A DNA stretch of 64,000 nucleotides. Source: Candidatus Dormiibacterota bacterium. Lineage in GTDB: Bacteria; Chloroflexota; Dormibacteria; Aeolococcales; Bog-877. The translations under genes were made by a program, and so were the position numbers. Each line of letters opens with the position of its first letter. The first letter of the stretch is position 1. Where the stretch lies: the NCBI GenBank assembly GCA_027306885.1, contig DAHUYV010000161.1, positions 238-64,237 on the forward strand, read 5' to 3'. The notes beneath the pieces were generated by a model. The model did no database searches, was not told the origin of the DNA, and was given only the letters and a program-made list of their open reading frames with translations. Below are positions 8,327 to 22,689 of the stretch, in pieces.

Positions 8327-9013
8327 ATGATCAACTCAGAGTCGGATCTGGCGCGCCTCATCGACCAGACCAACCTCAACCTCGGGGCCACCCGCGGTCA
8401 GATCCAGGAGTTCTGTGAGGAGGCACTGCCCCTGGGGTTCGCGGCGCTGTGCGTGCTGCCCAACATGGTCCCGGTGGCAAGCCGGGCCGCTGCGGGCTCG
8501 GCCACCGTGGTCGCCGCCTGCATCTCCTTCCCGCTGGGCATGGACTTGCCTTCGACCAAGGCGTACGAGGCCCGCGAGGCGCAAGAGATGGGGGCCGGTG
8601 AGATCGACATGGTGATCCACACTGGGCGGGCCCGGGCGGCCGACACCTCTTATATCGCGCGTGAGGTGGGCACAGTGCGCCGGGCGGTCCCCTCGCCCCA
8701 CCTGCTCAAGGTGATCATCGAGATGCCACTGCTGTCCTCCGAGCAAGCCCGGCTGGCCGCGCTTGCCGCCGAGGAGGGAGGAGCCGACCTGGTTAAGACC
8801 TCCACCGGATTCAAGCCCCTCAAGATCCGCGCCACCACGGTGGCGGATGTCGTCTTGTTGCGGGCGGCGCTGGGGCCAAGGACGGGGATCAAGGCGGCGG
8901 GGGGCATCCGCTTGCTGGTGGAGGTCGAGGCGATGGTGGAGGCTGGGGCCACTCGGGTCGGGACCTCAAGCGGCATGGCGATCGTGGAGGAGCACCGTCG
9001 GAGAGCGGGGTGA
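8327..9013 (+). CDS. deoC: Deoxyribose-phosphate aldolase
   Basis: Canonical DeoC motifs: IDQTNLNLGATRGQIQEFCEEA, ISFPLGM, ADLVKTSTGF (catalytic lysine), KAAGGIR, GATRVGTSSG. Confidence 0.85.
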   Translation: MINSESDLARLIDQTNLNLGATRGQIQEFCEEALPLGFAALCVLPNMVPVASRAAAGSATVVAACISFPLGMDLPSTKAYEAREAQEMGAGEIDMVIHTGRARAADTSYIAREVGTVRRAVPSPHLLKVIIEMPLLSSEQARLAALAAEEGGADLVKTSTGFKPLKIRATTVADVVLLRAALGPRTGIKAAGGIRLLVEVEAMVEAGATRVGTSSGMAIVEEHRRRAG

Positions 9014-9053
9014 GCCGGGCCGCGCGCCGGGAGGGGGGCGGGGCCGCTATAGT

Positions 9054-9081
9054 GGGGAACTCAGGAACCAAGAAGTTCCCC
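9054..9081 (+). promoter_or_regulatory. Candidate rplJ leader hairpin with an upstream -10-like TATAGT
   Basis: TATAGT at 9048-9053, then an 8-bp perfect stem GGGGAACT/AGTTCCCC with a 12-nt loop, about 130 nt upstream of rplJ. L10 operons are commonly autoregulated through a structured leader. Confidence 0.3.
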
Positions 9082-9208
9082 GGAACCGAAGACCGCGGGG
9101 GCAGCGATGCTCAAACCCCCACCCCGCGCAGGTGACCGGTGACGGCGGGCCAGGGTCCGGCGTCGCTCCACCTGGCCTTCGTCCGGGCTACCAGGAGGCA
9201 GCCGCCAG

Positions 9209-9757
9209 ATGACCGTCGCTCCCACCCACGGCGCCGCTCGGATTTCCGAGGAGAAGCAGCGGACGGTCGTCGAACTCTCCGAGCGGCTGGCGCGGATGAA
9301 CAGTGCGGTGCTCACCGATCACCGAGGGCTGACCGTGGCGCAGCTCGAGGCCCTTCGGGCCTCGCTGCGGGCCGAAGGGGTCGACTACGTGGTGGTGAAG
9401 AACACCCTGGCGCGGCGGGCCAGCGAGGCTGCCGGGGTGCCCCAGTTGAGCGCGGCCCTGGCCGGGCCGACCGCACTCGCCATCGGGTATGGCGACCTCA
9501 GTGCCCCGGCCCGGTTGCTGATGGAGTACGCGCGGAGCAACCGGCGGCTGGAGATGGTGCGGGGGGGGATCGCTGAGGGGCAGGTGCTCAGCGCTGAGGA
9601 AGTGCGCCAGCTGGCGGAGCTGCCTCCCCGTGAGGTGCTGATGGCGCAACTTCTGGGAATGATCGAGGCTCCGGTTGCCCAGCTGGTACAGCTCCTCCAG
9701 GCTCCGGTCCAGGATCTGGTGGGCCTGCTGACTGCCAAGGAAGAGCGGGCGGCCTGA
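9209..9757 (+). CDS. rplJ: 50S ribosomal protein L10
   Basis: EEKQRTVVELSERLARMNSAVLTDHRGLTVAQLEALR… matches the L10 family. Confidence 0.9.
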   Translation: MTVAPTHGAARISEEKQRTVVELSERLARMNSAVLTDHRGLTVAQLEALRASLRAEGVDYVVVKNTLARRASEAAGVPQLSAALAGPTALAIGYGDLSAPARLLMEYARSNRRLEMVRGGIAEGQVLSAEEVRQLAELPPREVLMAQLLGMIEAPVAQLVQLLQAPVQDLVGLLTAKEERAA

Positions 9758-9804
9758 GCGACCGGGCGACGTGGGCGGGACTACCAATTAAGAGGAGATG
9801 AGAC

Positions 9805-10185
9805 ATGGCCAAGGTCAAGGTTGAGGACTTCGTGGAAGCGCTGGCGGACTGGACCGTGCTGGATCTGGTCAACGCCAAGAAGCTGATCGAGGAGAAGTAC
9901 GGGATCACCGCGGCGGCCCCGATGGCCGTGGCGGCTGCGGCCGGGCCGGCGGCGGAGGCCGTGCCCGAGGAGCAGACCGAGTTCGCCGTCATCCTGACCG
10001 CGGCCGGCGACCAGAAGATCGCCGCGATCAAGGCGGTCCGCGAGATCACCGGCCTGGGCCTGAAGGAGGCGAAGGACCTGGTGGACAGCGCCCCCAAGGC
10101 GGTGCGCGAGGGCGTCAGCCGCGAGGAGGCTGAGTCGGTCGCCAAGAAGATCCAGGAGGCGGGCGCCAGCGCCGAGATCAAGTAG
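9805..10185 (+). CDS. rplL: 50S ribosomal protein L7/L12
   Basis: [35 protein letters not shown]…[29 protein letters not shown]. Confidence 0.95.
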   Translation: MAKVKVEDFVEALADWTVLDLVNAKKLIEEKYGITAAAPMAVAAAAGPAAEAVPEEQTEFAVILTAAGDQKIAAIKAVREITGLGLKEAKDLVDSAPKAVREGVSREEAESVAKKIQEAGASAEIK

Positions 10186-10307
10186 CTGGAGACGACCGGC
10201 GACGGCGCGACGCCTGAAGGGGTGTCAGCGGCGGGTGTGGTAGTATTGTCATTCGCCCACCTGTGAAGTTCACCCTTCGCCCACGCTTGCCTGGAGAACT
10301 CTAGCTT

Positions 10308-13300
10308 ATGCCGTCATCTCCTGCTGCCCTGTCGGTCGCCCCCGAGCGCCTCTCCTACGGGAAGCTTCCCGAGGTGCTCAAGGTCGGCAACCTCATTGAG
10401 ACCCAGCTGAACTCGTTTCGCTGGTTCCTGGAGCGGGGCCTGCGGGAGCTCTTCGACGAGATCAACCCGATCACCGACTACACCGGCAAGAACTACGAGC
10501 TCCGGTTCCTTGACTACAGCTTCGGGGAGCCCAAGTTCGACCAGGAGGAGTGCCGCAACCGCGACATGACCTTCGCGGCTCCGCTGCGGATCATGACCCG
10601 CCTGCACATCAAGACGGGGGAGAACGCCGGCGAGATCAAGGAGTCCGAGGTCTACCTGGGGGACTTCCCGATGATGACCTCCGAGGGCACCTTCCTCGTC
10701 AACGGCACCGAGCGGGTGGTGGTCAGCCAGCTGGTGCGCTCCCCGGGCGTCTACTTCACCGCCGGCGCCGACAACCCGGCCACCGGCCGGCCGCTGTTCG
10801 CGGTCAAGTTCATCCCCAATCGGGGTGCCTGGTTGGAGATCGAGACCTCCACCAAGGACGTGCTGACCGCCAAGATCGACCGCAAGCGGAAGTTCCAGGC
10901 CACCACTCTGATCCGGGCGCTGGGGTATCCGAGCGACGACGACATCCGCCAGTTCTTCCAGGACGTGGACATCGATGCGGAGCATCGCTACATCGACGCC
11001 ACCCTCGACAAGGACCCCAGCCACGACGTCAACGAGGCGCTGATTGAGCTGTACCGCAAGATCCGGCCCGGGGATCCGCCCACCGTGGAGAACGCCCGCA
11101 ACCTGCTCCAGGCGCTCTTCTTCAATCCCCGGCGCTTCGATCTGGGGCGGGTGGGTCGCTTCAAGCTCGACAAGCGGCTGGGCATCTCGGAGGCGGAGGC
11201 CCGCCGGCGGGCCGAGGACAAGGACCTCCGGGTCCTCGCCCACGAGGACTTCATCAACATCATGCGCCGGCTCATCGAGCTCAACAACGGGCGCGGTGAG
11301 GCCGACGACATCGACCATCTGGGCAATCGCCGGGTGCGGGCGGTGGGGGAGCTGCTGCAGAACCAGTTCCGCACCGGGCTGCTCCGCATGGAGCGGATCA
11401 TCAAGGAGCGGATGACGATCTGCGACGCCACCACGGTGACCGCGGCCTCGCTGATCAACGCCCGCCCGGTGGTGGCCGCGATCAAGGAGTTCTTCGGCTC
11501 CAGCCAGCTGTCCCAGTTCATGGACCAGCACAACCCGCTCTCCGAGCTGACCCACAAGCGCCGCCTCTCGGCCCTTGGCCCGGGCGGTCTCTCCCGGGAG
11601 CGGGCCGGCTTCGATGTCCGGGACGTCCACCACAGCCACTACGGACGAATCTGCCCGATCGAGACCCCCGAGGGGCCGAACATCGGCCTCATGGGGTCGC
11701 TCGCGACCTTTGCCCGGGTGAACGACTTCGGCTTCATCGAGACACCCTTCCGGAGGGTGTACCGCACCATGCGCCCGGCCACCGACCAAGCCCAGCTGCT
11801 GGGTAGGCTGCTGACCGAGGAGGTGGGCGGCGTCGCCGCCGGGACCCGACTCGACCCGGACCATGTGGCGAAGCTGGTCAAGTCCGGGGTGGAGGAGGTC
11901 AAGGTCTCTCCCTGGGTCAGCGGCGAGGTGCACTTCCTGTCCGCCGACGAGGAGGACAAGTACACGGTGGCCCAGGCCAACGCCCCGATCTCGGCGGAAG
12001 GCGAGTTCCGGGTGGAGCACACCCCGGCCCGGACCCGGCACACCTTCAAGGACGTGCCCGTCGGCGAGGTGGACTTCATCGACGTCTCGCCCAAGCAGAC
12101 GGTCTCGGTCGCCACCGCGATGATCCCCTTCCTGGAGCACGACGACGCCAACCGGGCCCTCATGGGCTCGAACATGCAGCGCCAGGCGGTGCCGTTGGTG
12201 ACCACCGACTCGCCGGTGGTGGGCACCGGCATGGAGTACTACGCCGCCAAGGACAGTGGCGAGCTGATCCTGGCCCCGTCGGCCGGCACCATCGCCGGGG
12301 TGCACGTGCCCCTGGCGGAGGTCCGCTCCGACCTGACCAAGATCGTGCGCTCCGGCCAGGACAGCGGGCTGGGCATCCTCTTCCGGCCCGAAGACGGTGG
12401 TCCCGACACCTGGTTCGGGGTTCACAAGTTCGTCCGCAGCAACCAGGGCACCTGCCTCTCCCAGCGGATTGTGGTCAACCCCGGTGACCGCGTCGCGGCG
12501 GGAGCGGTGCTCGCCGACGGGCCCTCCACCGACAAGGGGGAGCTGGCCCTCGGCAAGAACGTCCTGGTGGCCTTCATGCCCTGGGAGGGATACAACTACG
12601 AGGACGCCATCCTGATCTCGGAATCGGTGGTCCGGGAGGACAAGTACACCTCCATCCACATCGAGGAGTTCGAGGTCGAGGTCCGGGACACCAAGCTGGG
12701 ACCGGAGGAGGTCACCCGCGACCTGCCCAACGTCTCCGAGGAGAGCCTGCGCAATCTCGATGAGCGAGGCATCGTGTACGTGGGCGCCGAGGTTCAGCAG
12801 GGGGACATCCTGGTCGGAAAGACCACCCCCAAGGGGGAGTCCGAACTCTCTGCCGAGGAGCGGCTGCTGCGGGCGATCTTCGGCGAGAAGGCCAAGGAGG
12901 TCCGGGACAGCTCCCTGCGGGTTCCGCACGGTGAGCGCGGCGTGGTCGTCGATATCAAGCACTTCAGCCGGGCCGGCAAGGACGAGCTCCCGGCGGGGGT
13001 CAACGAGCTGATCCGGATCTACGTGGCCCAGAAGCGCAAGATCGCCCAGGGCGACAAGATGGCGGGCCGGCACGGCAACAAGGGGGTCATCGCCCGGATC
13101 CTGCCGATCGAGGACCTCCCCTTCCTTCCCGACGGCACCCCGGTGGAGATCGTTCTCAACCCGCTCGGGGTTCCGAGCCGGATGAACCTGGGCCAGGTGC
13201 TGGAGACCCACCTGGGGTGGGCCGCCTCCGCGCTGGGGCTGAAGGTGGCGACACCGGTCTTTGACGGCGCCTCGGAGAGTCAGATCGAGGACGAGCTGGA

Positions 13301-13838
13301 GCGGGCCGGCCTGCCCCGGGACGGCAAGGCGATCCTCCGAGACGGCCGCACCGGCGAGCCGTTCGAGAAGCCGATCACCGTGGGCATCATCTACATGCTC
13401 AAGCTGGCCCACCTGGTCGAGGACAAGATCCACGCCCGCAGCACCGGCCCATACAGCCTGGTCACCCAGCAGCCGCTGGGTGGCAAGGCGCAGTTCGGTG
13501 GCCAGCGCTTCGGCGAGATGGAGGTCTGGGCCCTGGAGGCGTACGGGGCCAGCCACATCCTTCAGGAGATCCTCACCATCAAGTCCGACGACATCGTGGG
13601 TCGGGTGAAGGCCTACGAAGCCATCGTCAAGGGCGACAACACCCTCGACGCCGGGGTCCCGGAGTCCTTCCGGGTGCTGGTGAAGGAGCTGGAGGGACTG
13701 GCTCTGGGGGTGGAGATCATGTCCGACAACGAGGAGCAGATCGTGTTCACGGAGGACGACATGCCCGACATGCCCTTGGGGTTGGGAATCAACCTGGAGC
13801 GGGACGAGCGCGACGACGCCGAGGACATCGGCCGCTGA
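10308..13838 (+). CDS. rpoB: DNA-directed RNA polymerase subunit beta
   Basis: 1176-aa ORF with conserved beta-subunit blocks (…[20 protein letters not shown]…, …NMQRQAVPL…). Confidence 0.97.
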   Translation: MPSSPAALSVAPERLSYGKLPEVLKVGNLIETQLNSFRWFLERGLRELFDEINPITDYTGKNYELRFLDYSFGEPKFDQEECRNRDMTFAAPLRIMTRLHIKTGENAGEIKESEVYLGDFPMMTSEGTFLVNGTERVVVSQLVRSPGVYFTAGADNPATGRPLFAVKFIPNRGAWLEIETSTKDVLTAKIDRKRKFQATTLIRALGYPSDDDIRQFFQDVDIDAEHRYIDATLDKDPSHDVNEALIELYRKIRPGDPPTVENARNLLQALFFNPRRFDLGRVGRFKLDKRLGISEAEARRRAEDKDLRVLAHEDFINIMRRLIELNNGRGEADDIDHLGNRRVRAVGELLQNQFRTGLLRMERIIKERMTICDATTVTAASLINARPVVAAIKEFFGSSQLSQFMDQHNPLSELTHKRRLSALGPGGLSRERAGFDVRDVHHSHYGRICPIETPEGPNIGLMGSLATFARVNDFGFIETPFRRVYRTMRPATDQAQLLGRLLTEEVGGVAAGTRLDPDHVAKLVKSGVEEVKVSPWVSGEVHFLSADEEDKYTVAQANAPISAEGEFRVEHTPARTRHTFKDVPVGEVDFIDVSPKQTVSVATAMIPFLEHDDANRALMGSNMQRQAVPLVTTDSPVVGTGMEYYAAKDSGELILAPSAGTIAGVHVPLAEVRSDLTKIVRSGQDSGLGILFRPEDGGPDTWFGVHKFVRSNQGTCLSQRIVVNPGDRVAAGAVLADGPSTDKGELALGKNVLVAFMPWEGYNYEDAILISESVVREDKYTSIHIEEFEVEVRDTKLGPEEVTRDLPNVSEESLRNLDERGIVYVGAEVQQGDILVGKTTPKGESELSAEERLLRAIFGEKAKEVRDSSLRVPHGERGVVVDIKHFSRAGKDELPAGVNELIRIYVAQKRKIAQGDKMAGRHGNKGVIARILPIEDLPFLPDGTPVEIVLNPLGVPSRMNLGQVLETHLGWAASALGLKVATPVFDGASESQIEDELERAGLPRDGKAILRDGRTGEPFEKPITVGIIYMLKLAHLVEDKIHARSTGPYSLVTQQPLGGKAQFGGQRFGEMEVWALEAYGASHILQEILTIKSDDIVGRVKAYEAIVKGDNTLDAGVPESFRVLVKELEGLALGVEIMSDNEEQIVFTEDDMPDMPLGLGINLERDERDDAEDIGR

Positions 13839-13934
13839 GTGTGCTCCAACTCCTCTCTGCGGGGGGACACCCCCAACACGCCCTGATGTCTTGCGACCAC
13901 CTCATCCAACCCTTCGCCAGGAGGCGGACAAGCC

Positions 13935-18290
<4,356 letters not shown>

Positions 18291-18294
18291 AGGT

Positions 18295-18321
18295 GGGCCG
18301 GCCCTGGTGAAGGGCCGGCCC
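18295..18321 (+). terminator. Perfect 10-bp GC hairpin 5 nt after the rpoC stop
   Basis: GGGCCGGCCC-TGGTGAA-GGGCCGGCCC. No U-tract, which is usual in high-GC genomes. Confidence 0.45.
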
Positions 18322-18828
18322 GACCTCCCCCCGGGGGCGTCCCGCCGATGTGGGCAGGCTGACCGGGCAATTGCGGATCCGACGGTGACCGAGGCCTCTT
18401 GGGGGGTGCCCCGGTCGGCGAGGCGGATCTCCGGGGCAGCCGGTCGACTGGTGCGACCCCTGAGGGATGGGGAGCTGGCGCTAGAGTTGGCACCACGATG
18501 GATGCCGGTGATGCCCCCGAGCACGGCGACCGGAAGCCCTCGGGGGGGCGGCCGGAGGGCTTCCGGGCTGCCCGCAGGCGGGGGCAACCCGGGCCCGGAC
18601 CGCGACCGGGGAATCGTGGTCGGCCGGCGCTGCTCCAACTCCCGAGAAAGGCTCCGCAGGGAGGATCGGGCCGAGGAGGTCTGCCGGCGATCTCCGCCCG
18701 GCCCTCGATCACCAGCTGTCGGCTGGGCGGCCCGACTGAGGTGAGGAGCTGGCCGTCGCCCGGGCTGTGCCTGCGGGCCGGGAGATCTCCGTCGCCGCGA
18801 TCGTTCTTCGCATCCGCGTGGTCAGCCC

Positions 18829-19194
18829 GTGGCTGACCCCCGGCCGCGGCTGGAGGTGGGCATCGACTGCCGGGATCCGTTCTCCCTGGCCCCGTTCTGG
18901 CTGGACGCCCTCGGCTACCTCGAGGCCCGCGGGGATGGGCTGCCCTACCTCGACCTGGTCCCGCCTCCGGGCGCGGTCGCCGTGTTTCTGCAGCGGGTGC
19001 CTGAGCCCAAGCAGGTCAAGAACCGCCTCCACCTGGACCTCTTTGTGGGTGACCCGGAGGAGCTGGTGGACCGGCTCTGCCATCTGGGCGCGCGCCGGCT
19101 GGGAACTCCTTTCGGCGATCCGGAGCGGTGGGACTGGCAGCTGTTGGCGGACCCCGAGGGCAACGAGTTCTGCGTCTGCCGGGAGGGGGGCTGA
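18829..19194 (+). CDS. VOC-family (glyoxalase/bleomycin-resistance/dioxygenase-like) protein
   Basis: 121 aa: VGIDCRDPFSLAPFWLDALGY… NRLHLDLFV… GNEFCV is the typical VOC βαβββ motif pattern. Confidence 0.65.
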   Translation: MADPRPRLEVGIDCRDPFSLAPFWLDALGYLEARGDGLPYLDLVPPPGAVAVFLQRVPEPKQVKNRLHLDLFVGDPEELVDRLCHLGARRLGTPFGDPERWDWQLLADPEGNEFCVCREGG

Positions 19195-19212
19195 GGGCCC
19201 GGTCCCGTCGGC

Positions 19213-20691
19213 CTAGGAGAGGTCGATGATCGCGGTCCGGATGTCGGACATGTCCATGAGGGTCCACTTGCCCCCGATCCGACCCCACCCGCTGTGCTTG
19301 CCGCCGGCGCCGCCGAAGGGCATGTTGATGTCCCAGTAGTCGGTGGTGTCGTTGACGATCACCTGACCGACCTGAAGGTGCTCGGCGAAGTGAAACGCCC
19401 GCCCCAGGTCTCTGGTGAACACCGCCGCCTGCAGGCCGAGGGCGTCAGAGTTGGCGAGGTCGAGCAGCTGGCGGTCGTCGTCGGCAACCGTCACCGGGAG
19501 CAGCGGCCCGAAGGACTCCTCCCGGAAGGCGGCCATTCGGGGCTCGACCCCATCGAGGATCGTGTACTCGTAGTACAGATCGGTGGGCATGCCGGACCTC
19601 CGACCCCCACCCACCAGGGCCCGAGCGCCCAAGGAGGTGGCGTCGGACAGGTGCCGGTCCATCTTGGCGGCGACGTCCTGATTGTTGAGCGGCCCGAGGT
19701 TGACCTCGGGGTCGAAGGGGTCGCCGAGCCTCACCGCAGCTGCCTGCTCCAGGCAGAGCTCCAGGAAGTCGTGGTAGACGGAGCGATGCACGATCGCCCG
19801 CTCGGTGGCGCAGCAGACCTGCCCGGAGCAGAGGTAGGCGCCGTAGGTGGCGGCCCTGGCGGCGCGCGCCAGGTCGGCGTCGGCGCAGACCACGATCGGG
19901 CCGTTGCCCGAGCACTCCATGATCGTCCGCCGCAGGCCGGCTCCGGACTGGATGCTGGCCCCGGTGGCCGACGAGCCGATGAAGCCGATGGCGTCGAAGC
20001 CCGGCTCCTCGAGCATGAGCTGGCCCACCTGCCCCCCACCGGGCAGGACGCTCACCAGACCGGAGGGCAGGCCGGCCTCCTCGAAGGCCTCCATCGCCGA
20101 GAGGACCGCGGCGCAGGTGTGGGCCGGGGGCTTGACGACCAGGGCGTTGCCGGTCGCCAGGCCTGGCGCGACGAACTCCGCCATCATCAGCACCGGAAAG
20201 TTCCAGGGGGTGATGATCGCCCACGTCCCCACGGGCCGCCGGAAGGTGAGCATGCGCTTCTGGGGATCGCCGACCGGGAGGGTCTCCCCGTTCAGCCGGA
20301 GGAGGTCCTCGGCGTGGAGATGGAAGAGCCGCGCCGCCTCCTCGATGTCGGCCATCGACTCGGCGAGGGGCTTTCCCTGCTCCAGAGTCTGCAGCCCGGC
20401 CAGCTTCTCGGTGCGGCGGCCCAGGGCGTCGCCGATCCGGTGGCAGAGCTCCGCCCGCTGGAAGGGCCCGACCTCGGCCCACTCCGCCTGAGCGCGGCGG
20501 GCGGCCCGCACCGCCTCCGCGATGTCGGAGCGCGTGGGCACGGGCACCGAGGCGATCACCTGCCCGGTCACAGGGCTCAGCAGCGGGAGGTGCTTCTCCG
20601 TTTCCTCCCAGGCGCCGGCGAGGAAGAGGCGCAGGTGAAGCGGCTCGGGGGCCAGTCGGACGCGGGCCTGCTCGGCGAGAACCAGATCCAT
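19213..20691 (-). CDS. NAD(P)-dependent aldehyde dehydrogenase
   Basis: ALDH motifs ITPWNFP, catalytic ECSGNGP, and FGGAGGKHSGWGRIGG. Inner ATG (MDLVLAEQ…) chosen. Confidence 0.85.
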   Translation of the reverse strand: MDLVLAEQARVRLAPEPLHLRLFLAGAWEETEKHLPLLSPVTGQVIASVPVPTRSDIAEAVRAARRAQAEWAEVGPFQRAELCHRIGDALGRRTEKLAGLQTLEQGKPLAESMADIEEAARLFHLHAEDLLRLNGETLPVGDPQKRMLTFRRPVGTWAIITPWNFPVLMMAEFVAPGLATGNALVVKPPAHTCAAVLSAMEAFEEAGLPSGLVSVLPGGGQVGQLMLEEPGFDAIGFIGSSATGASIQSGAGLRRTIMECSGNGPIVVCADADLARAARAATYGAYLCSGQVCCATERAIVHRSVYHDFLELCLEQAAAVRLGDPFDPEVNLGPLNNQDVAAKMDRHLSDATSLGARALVGGGRRSGMPTDLYYEYTILDGVEPRMAAFREESFGPLLPVTVADDDRQLLDLANSDALGLQAAVFTRDLGRAFHFAEHLQVGQVIVNDTTDYWDINMPFGGAGGKHSGWGRIGGKWTLMDMSDIRTAIIDLS

Positions 20692-20738
20692 GGAGGTCTC
20701 CTTTGGTGAGGAAAGGGGCGGAGCTTGGGCAAATCGCC

Positions 20739-21710
20739 TCAGCGCTGCTGCAGGCGTTTCTCCACCACGTCGCGGAGTCCGTCGCCCATGACGTTGATGG
20801 CGATGACGGTGCCGACGATGAGAAAGGCGGCGGGCCAAAGCTCCCACCAGTACCCGTTGAAGAGGTTGTTGATCCCGGTGGTCAGCACCTGGCCCCAGCT
20901 GGTCGCCGGCGGGGGCACCCCAAGGCCCAAGAAGCTGATGGAGGCAAAGGTGAGGATGGCGTCGGCCACCTTGAGGGTCGCGTTCACGACGACCACTCCC
21001 AGGGAGTTGGGCAGGAGGTGGCGGAAGATGATCTGCCAGGGGCCGCTGCCAAAGCTACGGGCCGCCGCCACGTAGTCTCGGGTCCGCAGGCTCAGCACCT
21101 CTCCCCGCACCAGCCGGGCGGTGGAGAGCCAGCTCACCGATGCGATGGCCAGGATGATGATCGGCAGCGAGGGCTGGACGAGGGCCGCCAGGAGCACCAC
21201 AAAGAAGAGGAAGGGGATCGAGAGCATGGCGTCCACGATCCGCATGAGGAACGCGTCGGCCACCCCACCAAGGAAGCCGGCGATCGCCCCCCAAAGAGTG
21301 CCGAAGGCGGTCGCCAGAGCCGCCACCGCCAGCGCCACCTCGAGGGTGGCCTGGCCGCCCAACATCAGCCGGCCGAGGATGTCCCGGCCCTCAGGGCTGG
21401 TGCCGAGAAGGTGCTGTGACGAAGGGGGGAGGTTGCCATTGAGCAGGTTGGCCGAGACCTGGTCGGTCGAGTACAGGAGCGGACCGAGGTAGGCGAAGAG
21501 CACGACAAGGAGAAGGAAGATCGCCCCTGCGAGGGCGATCTTGTTGCCGGCATAGACCCGCAGGTTCTCCACCAGATGATGGGGTGGACGGATCTCCTCC
21601 TCCAGGGCTCCCGGTCCAACGGCCACCCCGCTCCCCACCCCCGGCTCCAAAGCCGGCTCAAGAGCCGGATCGGTGGCCGAGGGAACCCGCTCCCCCGTCG
21701 TGTCACCCAT
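20739..21710 (-). CDS. ABC transporter permease (DppC/OppC-like)
   Basis: Multi-transmembrane protein with the EAA-type loop (…LSTARLVRGEVLSLRTRDYVAAARSFG…). Follows the DppB-like gene with an 8-nt overlap. Confidence 0.85.
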   Translation of the reverse strand: MGDTTGERVPSATDPALEPALEPGVGSGVAVGPGALEEEIRPPHHLVENLRVYAGNKIALAGAIFLLLVVLFAYLGPLLYSTDQVSANLLNGNLPPSSQHLLGTSPEGRDILGRLMLGGQATLEVALAVAALATAFGTLWGAIAGFLGGVADAFLMRIVDAMLSIPFLFFVVLLAALVQPSLPIIILAIASVSWLSTARLVRGEVLSLRTRDYVAAARSFGSGPWQIIFRHLLPNSLGVVVVNATLKVADAILTFASISFLGLGVPPPATSWGQVLTTGINNLFNGYWWELWPAAFLIVGTVIAINVMGDGLRDVVEKRLQQR

Positions 21711-22644
21711 AGCGGATCCTGGGGTCCAGCACCATGTAGAGGAGGTCGGCGATAAGGTTGCCGACCACGACGGCGGTGCTGATCAGCAGGATCACCCCAA
21801 GGAGCACCGGATAGTCGCGGTCCTGGGCCCCGTTCCAGAAGAGCAGACCGGTGCCCGGGAAGTCGAAGAGCGCTTCGACGATCAAGGAGCCGCTGATCAC
21901 GTAGGGGAAGCTGATCCCGATCAGGCTGACGGTGGGGAGGAGGGAGTTGCGCAGAACGTGCCGAGAGAGGATGCGGCTCCAGCTGGCGCCCTTGGCCCGT
22001 GCCGTCCGAACGTAGTCCTCAAGCAGGTTGTCGATCACCGACGAGCGCATGTAGCGGCTGTAGTAGGCGACGTTGCCGAGCATCAGGGTGCCCACCGGCA
22101 GCACCAGCGCCGAGATGTCGGCGCCCAGTCCGCTGCCGAAGTGGATGGCGGTGGGCGGCAGGACGTTGAACTCGATGTTGAAGAGGATGATCCCGATCAC
22201 GCCGAGCAGGAAACTGGGCATGGAGTACAGCGCCAGGAGCACGAAGGAGAGGCCGTAGTCGATGTCCCGGTTGCGGCGCACCCCCTGCAGCAGCCCCAGA
22301 GGGATTGAGATGGCGATGGCGAGGAAGAGGGCGATCCCCACCATCAGCAGGTCCCGGGGGAAGTACTCGGCGAGAAGCGACGAGACCGGCGAGTTCAGCT
22401 TGTAGGAGAAGCCCAGGTTGCCGTGCAGGGCCTGCCACAGCCAGATTCCGTACTGGACGGGCAGCGGTTTGTCGAGGCCCTCCTGCGCCGCTAGCTGAGC
22501 TACCTCATGGGGGGAGGCCTTCGGTCCCAGCTGGGCCCGCACCAGTCCGCCGGGCAAGAGATGGAGAAGGGTGAACACCAGGATGCTGACCAGGAGCAGC
22601 ACCAGAAGCGCCTGGGCCAGCCTGCGGATGATGTAGCGGGTCAT
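21703..22644 (-). CDS. ABC transporter permease (DppB/OppB-like)
   Basis: MTRYIIRRLAQALLVLLLVSILVFTLLHLLPGG… is a typical DppB N-terminus. Confidence 0.85.
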   Translation of the reverse strand: MTRYIIRRLAQALLVLLLVSILVFTLLHLLPGGLVRAQLGPKASPHEVAQLAAQEGLDKPLPVQYGIWLWQALHGNLGFSYKLNSPVSSLLAEYFPRDLLMVGIALFLAIAISIPLGLLQGVRRNRDIDYGLSFVLLALYSMPSFLLGVIGIILFNIEFNVLPPTAIHFGSGLGADISALVLPVGTLMLGNVAYYSRYMRSSVIDNLLEDYVRTARAKGASWSRILSRHVLRNSLLPTVSLIGISFPYVISGSLIVEALFDFPGTGLLFWNGAQDRDYPVLLGVILLISTAVVVGNLIADLLYMVLDPRIRYG

Positions 22645-22689
22645 GCGAGCGGCACCAGCCGGCCAGACATGCGCAGCATTCTCAAGCCC

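Noticed and set aside
10314-13556. 1080-aa ORF antisense to rpoB. Similar very long antisense ORFs occur opposite rpoC (14772..18638) and fusA (36947..40039).
   Set aside because: Products are low-complexity and Arg/Gly/Pro-rich. They lie opposite strongly conserved genes. Long stop-free antisense frames are expected at 70% GC.
18291-18828. Considered RNase P RNA, tmRNA or SRP RNA in the long gap after rpoC.
   Set aside because: The conserved P4 (GGAAAGUCCGG…ACAGAAnCCGGCUUA), tmRNA tag-reading-frame and SRP domain-IV motifs could not be found by eye on either strand. The region is kept only as an unexplained non-coding region.
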